Below are positions 1 through 13,666 of a stretch of DNA of 64,000 nt, in pieces. The notes beneath the pieces were generated by a model. The model worked only from the letters and a program-made list of their open reading frames with translations. It was not told where the DNA came from and searched no databases. The position numbers and the translations under genes are program-made. The DNA comes from Tubulanus polymorphus. Lineage: Eukaryota > Animalia > Nemertea. Location: NCBI RefSeq assembly GCF_964204645.1, contig NC_134032.1, positions 9,536,275 to 9,600,274 of the forward strand, read 5' to 3'. The number at the start of each line of letters is the position of its first letter. Within the stretch, counting starts at the first letter, position 1.

Positions 1-140
1 CGACAAGCGACCTTGCTTTAAATGAGCACCTACCACTGATATTGCAACATCCTTTATAAATATAAAATTTGTTACAATTTCTTGTGGAAATAAAGTATTA
101 TTATTATTACACGTTTTACTATTCCACTGTTTATTTCTAG

Positions 141-3100
141 TATTTGCGTTTGGCTCGTACGTTGAAATTCTACGGGTTCATACAGTTCAAAGCGTGTTAC
201 ACGGACTATCCTCAACCCGACTGTCGTGTGGTCATCTACGCAGGAAACAGAGAACTCGTATTTAGGGTACAAACTGCAAATGTAAGTCTGATACGAAATT
301 CTTTATCAAATATGATTGGTAAATCTGAACCCCTGCCAGAAAAGTACCTTATTGAATCCCACCTATGATATCATCGAATTACCCCTAAAACTCTTAGATA
401 AAAATGGCTGCCTCCACAAATACCACCTATGATGTCATCAAATTACCTCTCTTTATACACTTCCAGAAAAGATGCCTGCCTTCAATTATCACTGACGTCA
501 TCTCAATTATCCATATAGACCCATCCACACAAATATGATATCCCCGTGAATGCTTTGAATCATCCAAATAGATATATGGCTGCCTCCATAAATTCCCCTT
601 TGATAAAATATCTATAGACGGACTAATCCAGTCATCATGAATACATATATGTTTATTTTTTTGGTAGGACCAAATAAAAGAAGGTCTTTTCAAGGTCACA
701 CGGATGCGTTGTTGGAGAATTACCACGACGGTATGAAAGAATTTGGTTCCATTGGTTATTTTGCTCCCACAATCAATCTAACGAATCAAAAATGGTGAAT
801 GGTCTTATCTATTGGGGAGAGCTGAAATCCTGGCCCTTATTCATTTTGGACGCTCGTCAATGGAAACCCTTCGTACCTGTTAATCCCAGATGGCATGCCT
901 AACAGCAAGACATTTCAAGCCCACTTGAAAAAAGGAATAACTCTATTGAAATGATGGATCCTCACTTGCCACAAGTAAAATTTTCCACTGTCGCAGTAGT
1001 TGATGTCCTACTGTGCACTAGCGCACCTGGCGGATTCTCACTTGCCACATGTGAAATCCTTATTGTCACAAGGGTTGATGACCTGCTGTACGCAAGCAAC
1101 ATCTGGTGGATCCTCGCTTGCCACTAGTGGAATCCTCTGATAACAGTAGTTTGTACCCTACTGCACACTAGCACACCTGGTGGATCCTCACTTGCCTCTA
1201 GTAGAACCTTTTTGCAACAGTAGTCGATGTCCTACTGCACGCTAGCGCACCTGGTGGATCCTCACCAGCCTTGCCACAAGTGGAATCCTCAATTGCCACA
1301 GTCGACTATACGCAGTCCTCGTTGATAGAAAAACCTTCGGTATATATTTCAACGATGTCATGTATTGATTGTTTTTTCTGTGTTGTTAGTATCCGGACTC
1401 TGTGAATGGAAGCGGCGATGATCACCTGTCGAACGCCGGTCAGTTGGAACTCGCTTTCGAGTATCTAATCGCTAAAGATACGTTAAAATGGATCCGAATC
1501 ACGAGTGAGGAGGTACAAAAAATGGGAAACTTAATTGTCATTAATTTTTGGGATTCGAGAACTTTTGGAATGAATGTTCATTTTCGGTTTTTCAGGCTAT
1601 CTTGATGAGCATGTGCCTACAGGGTATGGTCGACGAGCTGCTCATGAAGAAACATGGAAAACGCATGAAGCGGGTAAGCCAATCATAATTTCACTTAATC
1701 GAAAATGATAGTAATGCATGTAGCAATGATAATTTTTTATGTTTATATTCATCATGTACAACAGTGTTTCAGTTGTAGTAACTAATCATAATTTTACTGA
1801 TCGTTGAAGTCTAGTAACTAATCGTAACTTCGCTAAATCGTTGAAGTCATCGACAATGAGAAAGTGCTCATTCGTAACTACGGTAATCATAATTTTACTG
1901 ATTGTTGAAGTTTAGTAAATAATCATGATTTTACTAAATCGTTATCAAGAATGAGAACGCGCTCATTAGTAACTGAAGTAATCGTAATTTTACTGAATCA
2001 TTGAAGTCATTAGTAACTAATCATAATTTTACTGATTGCCAAAGTCATTAGAAACTCATCATAATTTTACTAAATTTGTTACAGTCGTCCAGAATGAGAG
2101 AGTACCCATTAGTACGTAACTCTGAAATGTTGTTACTAATCATAATTCTACTATTTCAGCAAATAGTTGAAGTGATCAAGAATGATAAAGTCATCATAAA
2201 TCGTGCTTTTACTGATTATTTTCAGCCGCAAGATCGCAACAAGAAATCTGCGGCAAGCACAAACTTCTTAAAGCGTGATGGTGCAAGCAATATATTTGGT
2301 GCTGAGGTAGGTTTCATTTTGAGAAGCTGTGTCACGTCGATTAAGTTCGTTTATCAAATCCAATTAAAAATCCAGTGACTATTAGTTGAATTATCCGTAA
2401 TTTTGGGTTCAGATTTAACTTTTTGCCGTAAAATGATTATTGATATTGTGTGACTGGGCCAGGCTGCTGCATTTTGGAGCTAGCGCATGCGATTGCCAGA
2501 AAAACGCTTCAAAAGCCTTGCAGTGTTTATTCCTTGGTTTCAGGCGTATCTCGTATTCTGGGCCCAGATTAAGGAATTATCCCTAGGGATAAATTTGATG
2601 AACCATCTGAAATCAAACCAAGGTTAATGATTTATCCTTAAGGGATAACTTTGATATCGAGTCTATAAAACTGGGTCTGGATGAAGGGTTATCCTGAGGG
2701 TATGGATACCTTGAATACTAGTGTATCAAATACCAGTCTATCAAATTGGTTTTCACGTTTGGGATTTATTTGGGATTACTTTTGATACGTCAATAAAACC
2801 GGGCCCGAATTAAAACCCATATCCCAAGGGCATGGATTACTTTAATGGCATGTCCAGAAATTAGCCCAATGTGTACTCTTTGATGGAATCATTGCTTCCC
2901 AGAACGAAATTTTATATACATCTGTTTGTGCTTTGCTTTTTTTCTCCTAAAACAAAAAATACTATAACACAAAAAAACAGCTTCAACGTCGATTACAAAG
3001 AAAGCGCCCCCATGCGGCGAGCGTAAGATTTACGTCCGTCAGTGCGACAAATGGTGATGTATGTATGTTTATCGACGTCTTAATGTTGTTTGAATTCATT

Positions 3101-5492
3101 GTTTTGGTGTTGGAGGATTCATTCATAAAATACTCAGGGTATGCGAAACGGTAAACCGTTGTGCTTTCTTAAGATGCACAGATGGTGTGTTGGGGAGCAA
3201 AAGACTTGCAGTCGTATTTTGTGAATGGTTCCGCATGTTAGTTCTTTATTTCGTTTCTTTTTATTCTGTTGTGATTTATTATTTTTGATAACTCATTTTC
3301 TGATGCAGCTTTTTATCAACGACACTTAATTTTTCTGGTTTTAACTTATGCAGGGGTCGCTATGACTCCTTGATTCCTTAAAAACTCCTTCTAAACGGAA
3401 AATGCTTTGGAAAGTGCTATAAACTCCTTTAATTTGAGCAAAATGTCAGAATTCAGATTCCCTCAATTTTCAGAAATAGGCAATCAGAAGTTGTACTTAA
3501 GACTATGCCTAAATCAGTACAATTAGAACCAAGATTGTTATATAATTAGGCAATTACAGAATTAGTGACTGAGTTTTGTAGTGTAGAGGATAAAAACTTG
3601 CTTATGAAACCACTGAAGTACCGATAAACAGTACCGATTTATGAGGAGTCTACTGTAATTGGGATATGAAAGTAATGCAAACGCTCCTCGATAAGCTTCT
3701 CCTTTAAACCCCTTACTACCAGGAATGACTGATCTAGGGATCATATTATAACCCAAAACTGAACTAGGTTTATTCAATTGCTTGCTATATCATTGAATTA
3801 CATTTTGTCGATTTAGATTTAATTTTAAAAGTGTCTCCTATGTACTTGTTTCCCTTGTGTTGTGTCTAGGTATTATGTTGCTTTTAATTTTTTGAAATGC
3901 TAAATGTGTACACATGGTTTTCATGGTTTTCACTCATGTTACTAATTGTCTTACACTTCCCTTGATAACCGAGGTACATTTAATACGTAGCATGTGCTTA
4001 AGTAGATAAGTAGAATAAGGCATTTATTGCGATGCTGTCGGAAATATACTCGGCCTGATTTGTGAATAATTTCTGCTTTATCTGTTGTTAGTTTTTTTTC
4101 CGAGTCACAGTACCGAAAAATCGGGAAAAACTTACGGAAATTATATTTCCGAATTTGGAAATTATTTTACATCTTACGTAGCATTTGCAAAGGGCAACTT
4201 TCAACAGCAATCTTTCTTGAAAATCACCTCTATCGAACAGTGTCACCGCTAAAATGTCAACCTCCTTGTACGATGGTATATGTTCATTTCCTTTTGGGAA
4301 AATTGAAATATCACCCATGAAATACACTTGGAAAAAACATTGGAATGTCGAATTCACGTAACTATTGGAATCCATGGGTGACTTCCCACCATAGTATTAA
4401 CAGAAAAGGGCCATTTTCCAGCCAAAATATCCTTATTTATTAATGGAGAATATATATTTATTATGCTCCATTCCTTAACTGACACAGTCTTAAGAGTCTT
4501 CATGAGGTAGACGTTATTGAAGTTAAAGTTTAAACGTTATATCCTGACAAATGGCACAAAGGCACCAATATTTCAATCATTGTTCGCACTAACTTAACTA
4601 CAGTCATAATTGGATCCACCCGGGAACCAGAAAATATTGCTATATATGATACTCCGTATAAGATTTATGCTGTTCTGAGAAAAATCTGTTCAGTTCTGAA
4701 TTTTGGTTACATCCAAATGTAAATCAGTTTGTTACAATGCGTGGTTGCATTGATAGGAGTTGAAAAGATAAAAAGTCTGAAAAGATTAAAAAAACTAATT
4801 CAACACGCTTGTATTTATGAAAGAACCCATTATTTGATCCCATTTGGAAATTTTTCTGCATTTCAGACTGAAGATGGCAGCACGGCCCAAAAAGCTCGCG
4901 AATCGGTAAAGAAAATTCAGGTCAGTTTGAAGGGGACTGGTCTTGAAACTACTGGACTGTACTCATCATTTTCTTTTTCGTCGCTCGGAAATCTTCTGTC
5001 ACACAGAAGAAAGGGAGAATAATTTTCGAAGTTTCAACTTGGAGCACCCTCCAAGGCTTCAAGTTATTAACTTGAAAGGGTAAACTGTTAGCCTTTCAGT
5101 GCGTCTACACCATATGTTGATGCGTAAATAAATCGGTGATCGACTTGGCTAGTACGCCGCATCGGGTTGTATTGATGTTATTAGTAATAAGTTTTTATCT
5201 CTATTGAAAGATGGCAGCACCTATCAATTATGTGAAATATCAGTAACAAACGATACATTGCACTGTGGTGTAGACCTCTATAGTGGTATGCCCATTAAAC
5301 AACACACTGGGGTGGAGTTTTTCGTGATTTTCAAATAATCTCCAGCGCTCTAGGCTCTCATCTTTGATTCTTTTTTTTTTTCAGGACAAGTTTTCCGCCG
5401 TTTCGATAAAAACATCGTCGGGTGTCGGGAATTTACGTGGTCCGTCGCAGAACGACGCGTTCGAAGACGCCATCGGCGACGACGACCTGTAA
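141..5492 (+). CDS. SNX17: Sorting nexin-17 (3' part; 5' exons lie upstream of the window)
   Basis: AG/GT-bounded, phase-compatible exons 141-281, 668-730, 1390-1512, 1596-1673, 2226-2306, 4867-4920, 5385-5492. They encode FERM-F3 motifs YLRLARTLKFYG, FKVTRMRCWRIT, LELAFEYLIAKD, AILMSMCLQGMVDELL and the SNX17-type C-terminus AFEDAIGDDDL-stop. Confidence 0.93.
330..640. repeat. Intronic degenerate ~60-65 bp minisatellite family (ATGACATCATCAAATTACCC...CCAGAAAAGATGGCTGCCTCC)
   Basis: The same unit recurs at ~22530-22890, 23150-23500, 25740-26030 and 26930-27060. Confidence 0.7.
950..1305. repeat. ~72-bp tandem repeat (GCACACCTGGTGGATCCTCACTTGCCAC...GTAGTTGATGTCCTACTGCAC)
   Basis: About 5 degenerate units. 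The family recurs at 8345-8600 and as a fragment at ~17820-17860. Confidence 0.8.
1680..2215. repeat. AT-rich degenerate tandem repeat (ACTAATCATAATTTTACTGATCGTTGAAGTC)
   Basis: The unit is visible many times in this SNX17 intron. Confidence 0.7.
5087..5352. mobile_element. Truncated copy of the piggyBac-type MITE at 27106-27393
   Basis: Collinear similarity (CCTTTCAGTGC.TCTACACC...GATGGCAGCACCT.TCAA...TCTCCAGC); the right TIR is missing. Confidence 0.7.
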
Positions 5493-8344
5493 CGACAATC
5501 GGCAGTTTCAAACTCGTTTCAATAGGAGGTGCTAAAGGACAGAAGTGTGATATATATAAACATTGTATTATTATTCGTTCTAAAAGAAAACATTTAATTC
5601 AATCATGTTGATATTTTGTAAATAATATTGGACTCGGACACTCTGGTTGAAAGAAATTAAAATCAAATTTTGGATTTAAAGTCGAATTGAATCCGCGGTA
5701 ATGTGGTAGAAATGATTTTAACGACTTTATACAGGTACCAGTATCAGTGTGCAGCCTGGATCCAGCAGCCCACTTAGCCTGTACCCTACGCCCTCTCAGA
5801 CATCCATTTTTAAAATGCTTCGCACATGTTCAGGACGTACCTGAAAAGGAACTACAAACGAGAGACACTAGATATTTTATCAGCGCACTTTCAAAAAGTG
5901 ATCGTCCACACTTCACACTACCATACTGAGTCTGAAGTTACAGGGTCAAGACTGCTGAGTGTCTGAAGGCATGCAGGATGTTCCAGGCTGCATATTGATG
6001 CCTGCATAAATCCAACCGAGTTTTTCGGTCCTCTGTATATGAAGGAAGCAATACATACATGTATAACCTGAATAATTCTCAAAATTCATTTTTTACTTAC
6101 CAGTAATTAATTGAGTTTTGCGTGTTATAACTTTTTTTGACATACCACATAATTACTTAAGTAGGCCATTGACAATATGACACTTGTGCCGAGAACCCAG
6201 CTTAGAGATTTATGTAAGGTGGAAATTTTACCTCGGTTGGCTGACTGGAAAATTTCAGCACTTAATTCCACAGCGTTGAGGTGAAATTTTACTTGAAGAG
6301 CTTAGATAATGGAAAATGAACTAATCTAGCTCACAGCGTCATATTTTAACTCGCAACTGTGGAACTCAAATCATTTTGGATAATTTTGCCTCATTAGGTT
6401 AGTGCTGTGGGCTCAGAACAATTTCAAATTTTCGGCTTTTGTGAGTTCATGCAAGAACTCAAGAACTATCCATCTCCGAGCTTTTGAGCTCGGCATGAAT
6501 TTCATATATCTGCGGCCCATTCATGTACATAACTTTCTTGTATGATGAAAAAGATGATATTTTTTTTCGAGATTTTCAATCTATGCAACGATTGTACATT
6601 TATATGTATGTTTGAAAGTATTGTCGCTATGTAGCTTTACTACCTGACTGTGTTTAACTGTATTCATTATTCTACCAGTATGTATATTTTCAAAAGATGT
6701 CGGCACCCAGTTACACAGTAGTGAATTTGAAGTGATTCGTTTGAATTCCATGAGTTGAAAACAGTGTGATTAGGCTAAAAAAATTGATACATTGTTTCTC
6801 ATTCTGCTTAGATTAAAAGTTGCTACTTCGTGCATTACTTTATTCAAATCGAGCTTACCATAACCGACTCGGAAGCCATGGAAATGAACTGATTACAAAT
6901 CGTCTTGCAGTTTACAAAAGTGTGTGGCCAATTATGAAAACAAGGGATCATTTTATTTTAGCCTAAATACGGAATTTGGGCCGGAGTTGTCAATTGAATT
7001 GGACTCTTTAAGAATAGTAGACTGAAGTAGTTTTGAGCTATCGAACAGGGTCCATTTCCACAGTTATGAGATTTGAAATGAAATGAACTTGAATTTAAGC
7101 CCTGGGGTTGAAATCAAATTCACAACTGCACAGATGGTGCCGTAGATCGCAGGGTTTATCAAATGTAGTTAGGGTCCAAAATCGAAGCTGTATCCTTATA
7201 CACAACTTAGGATACTGAGGGTTTGATTCTGGAGCCTTACGGGACAGGCATGTGCTGTAGATATTCCGTTGAAAATTATGCAATTTAGGCAGTGTAGAGG
7301 TTGTGTACTAAGAGAACATTAGTTTTTGTTTAGCTGTCAAAAGCTAAATTCAGAGTAAAACAAGTCGTCTTTTGTTCAATTTTTGTTAAATCTGTCTAGA
7401 AAAGTAATAATGTTTTGTAGCGGGCATTGATTCGGTTTTTTGTTGTGATTGGCCAGTTCATTGCGCATTGTGATCGGTTGAGTATTTTGAATGCATTCGT
7501 AGGTCAGATGATGATTGGGTATTTTATGAATGTTTATACTCGTTTTTGCATTGCATGATTTGTGAGACGGATGCTGATTGGATAGACATACTAGTTGGCT
7601 TGCGATTGGTCAATTTGTAAAACTAATGCCATTCGTAGTATAATGGCGACCTTATGTATAATCTCATAGGTTCTAAGTGCTAACTATATCCTAATTAGGA
7701 ATGCTATTCATCCCTAATTGGGGAGATCGGTGCTTATCATTCGTAGAATATGGACGTGATCAGGTTCGAATCCCGATCAATACGGGATTTTTTACACTTC
7801 CCATAATTGTCTGATTTGGAAGCGGTGGTTGATGTGCGGTTGAAATTTGAATTTACTTCAACTAATCCCTCCGGCTCCCCTGCAAATTTTGGGAAGTGTC
7901 ACGAGAATAGATGTTTGTCCAACTATATTTTTTTCATTATATTCATGAAATAAAACTTAAAACTCTTCCATTTTCTTAATACTTACTGGTTGATAATTAT
8001 GCTAATTATTCTCATCACGATTGATATTCATGAATCATTTCTTTAATTAATATTTTTTCATATTGCATTAATATCTATGATAAACATGAAAATGCTCCTT
8101 TAGTATAGCAATTATATTGGCTAGATATAACGGTGGTGTTATAGACGGTTCCTGTTGGTTATACTTAGTATGAATACCTATTTTGCTAATTACTGTGTCA
8201 GGATTTCAGAAGCACGTCATAATTCGAATTTTGGAAATTTACATTGACTTATGGATAGTATAAAGTAAGATTTTATTCATTTGAGTGGGAAACGACTGGC
8301 TCATCTGTTAGATGGTGTCTCATATCGTTCTACTGTTGCGTCCA

Positions 8345-8600
8345 GTCGATCCTCACTTGCCACAAGTGGAATCCTCTATTGCTACAGTAGTTGATGTCCT
8401 ACTGTACATTAGCTCACCTGGTGGATCTTCACTTGCCGCAATTGGAATCCTCTATTTCCACAATAGTGGATGTCCTTATGTACTTTAGCGACACCTGGTG
8501 GATCCTCACTTGCAATATCGAATCCTCTGTGACCGCAGTAGATGATGTCCTACTGCACACTAGCACACCTGGTGGATCCTCGCTTGCCACAATTGGTATC
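8345..8600. repeat. ~72-bp tandem repeat, same family as 950-1305
   Basis: CACCTGGTGGATCCTCACTTGC units, about 4 copies. Confidence 0.8.
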
Positions 8601-9829
8601 CCAACATCCCGCAGTAGCACTTTAGCAAAGTATCAAGACGTATTCATATTTTCTGTCTAAAACAAGCTAAGCAGAGTAAAAAAAAACGATGATAAGAATT
8701 GTGTACATGCATTACATTTCTATTTTTGGAAATCTGAACGGCGGCAGAGTAAAAAGTGTGGTGGAATGATAATACCGTCCTCTATGTAAATTCTTTGCTC
8801 ATTCACTTTCCAATAGATCAATAAAGATATATATATATATATATATATTATTTGTAAAATAATGAATATTCTCAAGAGTTTTCTGATGTTCTTAATTCAC
8901 ACATCACGGAAATGCACGTATTCCCACATGATGCGTCATCCAGACTGGTCCTGAGGATGCATTCCCATGAGATGTTACCCAGCTGCCATTGACCGATTCA
9001 TCCCGATCGATGCTGTTTAATGTTACCGAGCTTCCGGGCTTATTTTACCAAATTAGTTAATTAGTGAGAGCCTGTAATAATCGTTCTGATAATCAAATGA
9101 AATCGAGGTTATCTATACCAAATAAACGATGGACAACGACGCCATCTATCAGAATTTCCCGGAACTAAAGGTATTTTACGATCCCACTTTATTCATGCTA
9201 AGTGCGATTTACACACATACGCCATCTACGAGATGGAACCAGAATTACAATACATATATTCTGTTAATTCTGGAGTGGGTAACCTTGGTTCGAACTTGCC
9301 TATTGATATTGATTCTTGCGTGCTCTATGGTACGAAAATAGTTGTACAATGAATCATTGTAAATATCTCATAGTTAACAGGTTGTAAAATGTCCATTGGT
9401 TTTGAAAACAGGGAAAATACGGGTCATAGATAACTTAGTTCATTATTCAGACACATAAATTCACGGACCCTTAGAAATTCTCAAAGGAAGTTCTATACCT
9501 AGATTCGAAGAGGAGACATCCGGGTGCTAACCAAAAGAGTTCTTAGTGTATACGGTCGGGCTCAGTATGTAGGCTTATCTGGTCACTTACAATTCAAAGT
9601 TAGCCGTTTTTAGTTTAAACTTTTTTCACAAAACCGGGACCAGGAGAGTGGGGAAAGCCGAAAACGTCGTGTTTTTAACTTTTGATTTTGATTGTTGATT
9701 TTTTGATTGTTTAGATTTTGATAAAAGACCTTTGACCTTCAAAACTTGTATATACCTAGTTTTGACATCAGGGTCAACGATAAATAGGGTTTGAAGTTGT
9801 ATTGAGCGAATCAAAATGAAAATCAATGA

Positions 9830-10780
9830 TTATTTGACTGAATTTCTACAGCGGATTTTCATGCAGAAATATTCACGAATTTCTCTTCCCAGTAAGAGAT
9901 AAGTGTAAAAGTTTACCGCGTAGTTACATATTAGGAGTTGTATGAAAATATCCAAAACGAATTCTCTCTGTTGCAGTGAGAATGGTAAAAATGTAACTGT
10001 AGTTGGTGGAAGAGTGAATATTGCAAATGAGAATGAAACTGTTACAAGCATTATTGTTGTACGTTTAGATTTTGTAGTTTTCTGATCGGACGAAACCATT
10101 TTTGAACCTGCTCTGAATAACTGAACTATGATTAGAGAATTGGATGTTATGATCAGGGTTAGAGGTATAATGTAAATGTGGACGACATAGATGGTGTAAT
10201 ATCTTATTTGGTCAATTAATTCATCGTAACATATGAAAGAATAGCCGGGAAAACGTATCAACAAAGTAGGAAGCAGAAATATAACCAGTATATTCACGGC
10301 AGTAATCAGCACTGTAGCAAATCTAGCGAATCTCGGTGTACAGACCAAACGAGATTTGAACGGGAAGAGCACAACTGCCGCACGTTCTAGAGATATCGCT
10401 ACTATCAACCACGAACTAGTGCCGGTTGCAAGCCCCGTTACAATTTCATAGATTTGACAACTGATCAGTGAATCAACTAAGAGTATTGAACCTGTTTTTA
10501 AATGCAAGAGAACTAACTGTAAAACAGGCACGAATGCTAAGTGAATACAGACAAAGAAGTCACTGACTGATAAAACGATAAGATAGTTTGCGTAAGACAA
10601 ACTACGGAATCTGCGACTTATCATAATCAGGAAAGTAGCTGAATTTCCGAAGGCTCCCGAGAAGAACACAACAGGCAGAATGAACAGTGATAAAGTACGG
10701 TAGATTCCAGATCTGTTCACCACGGACATGATGACATTGTTGCTGGCATAGAATTGACCAGGCATCCGAGTTAAATTCAT
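9830..10780 (-). CDS. Intronless rhodopsin-family (class A) GPCR, peptide-receptor-like, orphan
   Basis: 316-aa ORF with 7 hydrophobic segments; GN in TM1, LSVSD in TM2, SLERA (DRY-equivalent), TLPP in TM6, NYAVNFYTY (NPxxY-equivalent). Confidence 0.9.
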   Translation of the reverse strand: MNLTRMPGQFYASNNVIMSVVNRSGIYRTLSLFILPVVFFSGAFGNSATFLIMISRRFRSLSYANYLIVLSVSDFFVCIHLAFVPVLQLVLLHLKTGSILLVDSLISCQIYEIVTGLATGTSSWLIVAISLERAAVVLFPFKSRLVCTPRFARFATVLITAVNILVIFLLPTLLIRFPGYSFICYDELIDQIRYYTIYVVHIYIIPLTLIITSNSLIIVQLFRAGSKMVSSDQKTTKSKRTTIMLVTVSFSFAIFTLPPTTVTFLPFSLQQREFVLDIFIQLLICNYAVNFYTYLLLGREIREYFCMKIRCRNSVK

Positions 10781-11203
10781 GATTCACGAGGACCAAATTA
10801 GACTGTACTGCATATCTCTGTCTTAGAGCCGATGGCCCAGTCTGCTGACTATCTGAGCGTGTTATGACTGCCTGGGAGTGTACTGACTGTCTGAGAATCT
10901 GCTGGAACTGCCTGTGCCTTCTGGCATATTGGGAAATTAATTCAACTTTCATATAAACATATCATGAATCCTTTGTCACAGCTACAATTTATAATTTTAT
11001 CACAGCTACAATCTTTTATAACATTTGCTTTTCGCATCAATACATGTAAATTAGATCTGGCGCAATAGACTCAGATATATGTAAAAGTTTAGCGCAAAAC
11101 ATAAATTTAAACGATTAAATATGAACATTCGTTGTACAAGTATCCATTGAAAACTGTGAAATAGTAACACAATAGCATCCGATGGGTTCAAACATGAGAC
11201 ATC

Positions 11204-11559
11204 CAGGGGCGGATCTAGAGGCAGACAATGACAGGAGCACAGAATTAAAAAAAGGGCAATTCATAAGAAAAGGCACTATCCATGACAGGCGAGCGACGAA
11301 GGCGCGAAGCGTTCGGGGGGTCTGGTACCCCAGATAATTTTTGAATTTCAACCCATTTTAATGCAATTTCCAGGCACCTGAGACACAAAAATGACATTCT
11401 GCAACAATTCTTTAAGAGATGGGAATTCATTAATATGGAAACAATGTGATAATGAACTTTATAGAATGAAAAATATTTTTCGCACTTTTTTCAAAAAGGG
11501 CACTCAGAATTTGCGACAGGAGCACGTGCTCCGCGTGCTCCCGTCTAGATCCGCCCCTG
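11204..11559. mobile_element. Non-autonomous DNA transposon (MITE) with 16-bp TIR and 5-bp TSD
   Basis: CAGGGGCGGATCTAGA ... TCTAGATCCGCCCCTG, flanked on both sides by ACATC. Confidence 0.85.
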
Positions 11560-11639
11560 ACATCCCTCATCAGCTTCGATTCTTAGTTCCATAGAATACG
11601 CTTTTAGAGTTAAATCGAGCAGAACTAGGATCAATCAGA

Positions 11640-11985
11640 CAATGGATCCGAACATGGGACACACCTTTTCATCCTCGATTCAGCATCAGGACCACTCATA
11701 ATCAGTATCAGTAGCCTGGATTTGAACCCGGGAACCCTGTTTATCCACTATACGAATGGAGGACATTCCGTGTTCATCCTTTATTCAGTATCAGGGCCAC
11801 TCATAATCAGTATCAATGGACTGGATTCGATCCCGGGACACCCCTGTTCATCCCCTATTTCGCATCAGAACCTATCATTATCAGTTACAATGGACTGGGT
11901 TCGAACCCATGACATCGCTGTTCATCCTCCATTCGGCATAAGGACCAGTCATAATCAGTATCAGTGGACTCGATTCGAACCAATT
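11640..11985 (+). repeat. ~68-bp tandem repeat carrying a tRNA B-box-like motif (GGTTCGAACCC)
   Basis: Units GGATTCGAACCCGGGACACCCCTGTTCATCCTCTATTCAGCATCAGGACCACTCATAATCAGTATCAAT, about 5 copies. Confidence 0.8.
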
Positions 11986-12078
11986 ACGGGTTTAGTCAGA
12001 CACCCTTACCATTCGGCCATCAAAGTGATCTGTACGATTCCTCCAAATTGACCAGTTTCAAACCCACGTCTATATGTC

Positions 12079-12578
12079 CATATGAAAAATCTATATGATT
12101 CTAAACAAAGCATCCATTGTGATTTTAGTTCACTGAAATTCTGACAGAGGGGGCTAAGCATTGATACCTGTTTAGAGACCACAAAAAATATAAAACATCT
12201 CCTGAAATGAAAATATGTAGTTATATAAACAGATCTATGAATTCAAAACATATTCAAATTACTCGTAAGTTATTTAATTAGGCAACGTAATTATTTGTAT
12301 AACGTATCTGAACTTATTTATAAACGACTGTTTAGTGTCAGAATCATTGAAATTCAATGGAATTCGGCTTCATAAAATATTACAGTCGTTTCTAAAATAA
12401 GTTCAAATACGAATTCATGGATGTTTTCGAAACACTGTGTATTTCAATTTCGGGAGGTTTTTGTTATTTTCTTAGGAATCTAAATGGCATTTCGATGTTG
12501 TACCCCCTCTGGTGGATTTTCACTGAACTAAAATCACAATAGATCCCTTGAAATGAATTCGTTGAAATTTTCATATAG
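12079..12578. mobile_element. Foldback/MITE-like imperfect palindrome, copy 1 (internally deleted)
   Basis: Ends TATGAAAA...TTTTCATATAG; inverted arms GTGATTTTAGTTCA / TGAACTAAAATCAC. Confidence 0.8.
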
Positions 12579-12959
12579 TAATATGAAGGCGACTTGAGAA
12601 TGCTATCGCGGCAGCAGAAGGATTCTTTCTCTGGCAGTCGAGGGTTTATTCAAAGTAAATATATGATATATTAATTAGTGTCATTGATTCCTTTTAAACC
12701 TTAAAAACAGCAGTGTTCCAAGCTCGAATCCGGTTTAAATTTATACTGAGTCTTAGTTTCCCCAATATCAAATTGCTGCTTATCAGGATTCTTTTCAGAG
12801 TGGTCCCGGTGCTTTATTAGGTAAGCAGCATCGATTCAACATCAGGACCACTCCGAATCAATATCACTTGGCCCGGGGCATCTACTCTAAAATCCTCAGA
12901 AGCGTGTTCTAATTCTATAGAATACGGCTTGAAACTGCGTTAAATCGAGTAGAACTGCA

Positions 12960-13470
12960 TCAGGATCAACCAGACATGGGTTCGAACAGATTCACCCCTG
13001 TTCATTCTCTATTCAATACCAGGATAAATTACAAGCAATACCAATAGACCGGGTTCGAACCCGAGACATCTCCGAGAATTAGATAATAAGGATCAAGAAT
13101 ACTCTTGAATCTGTTCCAATACGTCGGGTTCAAACCTGACACACCCATGTTCATTCTCTATTCATCATCAGGACAACTCCTAATCAGTATGAATGAACCG
13201 GATTCGAACCCGGGACACCCCTGTTCATTCTCTATTCAGCATCAGGACCACTCATAATCAGTATCAATAGACTGGATTCGAACGCGGGACACCCCTGTTC
13301 ATCCTCTATTCAGCATCAGGACCACTCATAATCAGTCATTATCGACCGGATTCGAACCCGTGACATCCCCTTCATCCTCGTTCAGCATCAGGACCATTCA
13401 TAATCAGTTACAATAGACTCTTCATTCTCTATTCCCCTGTTCATTCTTTATTCAGCATCAGGACCATTAT
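12960..13470 (+). repeat. ~68-bp B-box tandem repeat, second block
   Basis: Same unit as 11640-11985. Confidence 0.8.
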
Positions 13471-13666
13471 TCGTTACTGTTTTAAGTTTAGAAAAAAAAG
13501 AAACAAGGTTTGTAGATATGTATATAAAGAATAATAATGTACCGGTAATCACGTATTTTAGGGGAATCGGCGAAAAACAAATCACTGGTATAGTCTGACA
13601 TCCGAACCAAAAGATCTGTATGATCCCTTCAAATTGACCGATTTCAAGCCCACCTCTATATTAAGA

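Noticed and set aside
11640-13470. Regularly spaced repeats as a CRISPR array
   Set aside because: Whole units repeat without unique spacers, there are no cas genes, and the context is a eukaryotic genome.
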